Position numbers and translations under genes: made by a program | Shown: one piece after another, positions 61,881-64,000 of the stretch | Layout of the letters: the number at the start of each line of letters is the position of its first letter | Position numbering within the stretch: the first letter of the stretch is position 1 | Notes under the pieces: generated by a model | Told to the model about the DNA's origin: nothing | Databases searched by the model: none | Seen by the model: the letters and a program-made list of their open reading frames with translations, nothing else | From: Haliotis cracherodii | Lineage: Eukaryota | Reading direction: 5' to 3' | DNA: 64,000 nt | Assembly: GCF_022045235.1 (NCBI RefSeq) | Contig: NW_027266289.1 | Coordinates: forward strand, 3,224,001 to 3,288,000

Positions 61881-62212
61881 TACTGCAGACACTGATCTAC
61901 ATCATTCTTAGCCAATCGCAACGCTCCTTACAAACACAGCACGGCGCCATGGATCAATCGATGAGTGGTAAAGCTGAATGGGCAGTGAGTGAAGTTGCAG
62001 TAACGATGTAGTATGACACAGCGGCGGCGCTGCATTGATTGGGGAGAGAGGCTTGCTTCATCTTGATGGAAATCAATCCTAGCAGACTGCCTTCCTCATC
62101 AACACACATCTGCAGCATCAACACACATCTGCAGCATCAACACACATCTGCAGCATCAACACACATCTCCAGCAACATCCTTTAGCACCTCCTCAGAAAC
62201 TACCAGAAAGCA

Positions 62213-62812
62213 AGACACTATATCCACCACAAAGGCACTGATAACACGATATATCCACCAACAAGTTACTGATAACACAGTATATCCACCTGCAAGTCGC
62301 TGATATCAACACGATATATCCACTAAGTCACTGATAACACAGTATATCCACCAGCAAGTCACTGATAACACGATATATCCACCAACAAGTCACTGATAAC
62401 ACGATATATCCACTAACAAGTCACTGATAACACAGTATATCCACCAGCAAGTCACTGATAACATGATATATCCACCAGCAAGTCACTGATAACATGATAT
62501 ATCCACCATCAAGTCACTGATAACATGATATATCCACCATCAAGTCATTGATAACATGATATATCCACTAAGTCACTGATAACACAGTATATCCACCAGC
62601 AAGTCACTGATAACACAATATCTCCATCAGCAAGTCACTGATAACACGATATATCCATCAAGTCACTGATAACATGATATATCCACCGACATGTCACAGA
62701 TAACACATCAACCAACAAGTCACTAATAAAACAGTATATCCACCAACAAGTCACTGATAACACGATATATCCACCACCAAGTCACTGATAACCCGATATA
62801 TCCACCACCAAG
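62213..62812. repeat. ~31-bp minisatellite
   Basis: Unit aagtcactgataacacgatatatccaccagc. Confidence 0.9.
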
Positions 62813-63212
62813 TCCCTGGTGTGTCTACAGAATGCTGACTATCGTGTCCCCACTCCTCCTGATGAGGTCACCTGGCAGAGTCCGAGATCAGTGTGACACA
62901 TCTGTAATCAAAGCTTGAGGTCACCGTGGTCCCAGTGTGAGATATGTGAGAGGGTGCCGTCTGTGTGTGCCCTCTGAGTGTGCCCTGTGTGTGCTGTGTG
63001 CCTGCCCCTGTTGGAAGACAGGAAGCGCAAGGACTACTTCTCCAGCAGGGAGTGCCGGTGTGTGTTGTCTGTGAGGTAACTGTCAGCAGCCTACACCAGA
63101 GTATATAGCAGCAGGCTGGCAGTGTGTGGGTTGTCTGATTCACCACCGCATGGAGCTGCCCGGCTCCAATTACACATCTTGCACAAGCATCTGTCCGACT
63201 CTCAACACATCA

Positions 63213-64000
63213 TCCCATTGTAGGACTGTATACAGAGAATACTGACATTGTAGGGCTCTATATAGAGAATACCCACATTGTAGGGCTGTATACACAGATA
63301 CCCACATTGTAGGGCTCTATACAGAGAATACCTACATTGTAGGGCTGCATACAGAGATATCCACAGTGTAGGGCTGTATACAGAGAATACCCACATTGTA
63401 GGGCTCTATACAGAGAATACCCACAGTGTAGGGCTCTATACAGAGAATACCTAAATTGAAGAGCTCTATACAGAAAATACTGACATCGTAGGGAATACCC
63501 ACATTGTAGGGCTGTATACAGAGAATACCCACATTGTAGGGCTCTATACAGAGAATACCCAAAATGTAGGGCTCTATACAGAGAATACCCACATTGTAGG
63601 GCTGTATACAGAGAATACCCACATTGTAGGGCTGTATAGAGAGAATACCCACATTGTAGGGCTGTATACAGAGAATACCCACATTGTAGGGCTGTATACA
63701 GAGAATACCCACATTGTAGGGCTGTATACAGAGAATACCCACATTGTAGGGCTCTATACAGAGAATACTCACATTCTAGGGCTGTATACAGAGAATACCC
63801 ACATTGTAGGGCTCTCTACAGAGAATACCCACATTGTAGGGCACTATACAGAGAATACCCACATTGTAGGGCTCTATACAGAGAATACCCACATTGTAGG
63901 GCTCTATACAGAGAATACCCACATTGTGGGGCTCTATACAGAGAATAACCACATTGTAGGGCTCTATACAGAGAATACCCACATTGTAGGGCTCTATACA
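63213..64000. repeat. 30-bp minisatellite
   Basis: Unit atacagagaatacccacattgtagggctct. Confidence 0.95.

Noticed and set aside
62820-63200. Unique island with a TATA-like motif, the 92-aa ORF 62868-63146 and a possible donor (ccag|gtgacc)
   Set aside because: No homology, and the phase does not fit the next APC exon. It could be non-coding but cannot be supported from sequence alone.

Overview
Eukaryotic (metazoan) genomic DNA, most likely molluscan and gastropod-like, inferred from the SINE families and the very high minisatellite load. It holds two intron-containing protein-coding genes, both on the minus strand. (1) An APC (adenomatous polyposis coli) orthologue: 10 exons between 26136 and 46637 join in frame, including an 8.7-kb terminal coding exon, with a candidate 5' exon at 61799-61880 (about 3,390 aa if used). 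(2) A signal-peptide + 4xFN3 + Ig protein with DCC/neogenin-like FN3 domains in a rearranged order: 8 in-frame exons between 14704 and 2749, continuing off the left edge. Introns and intergenic DNA are filled with more than 25 minisatellites, four SINE families, a dead Tc1 element, DIRS and non-LTR relics, several MITEs and two long hairpin elements. The most striking pattern is that at least six tandem arrays are amplified exon-intron junctions. They create runs of 3 to about 32 near-identical splice donors or acceptors, and two APC donor arrays are in frame and stop-free. An intronic inverted copy of an APC 3' splice site could also base-pair over that acceptor. Most long ORFs in the supplied track are repeat artefacts. 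There is one assembly gap (41303-41535). No prokaryotic features or CRISPR arrays are present.
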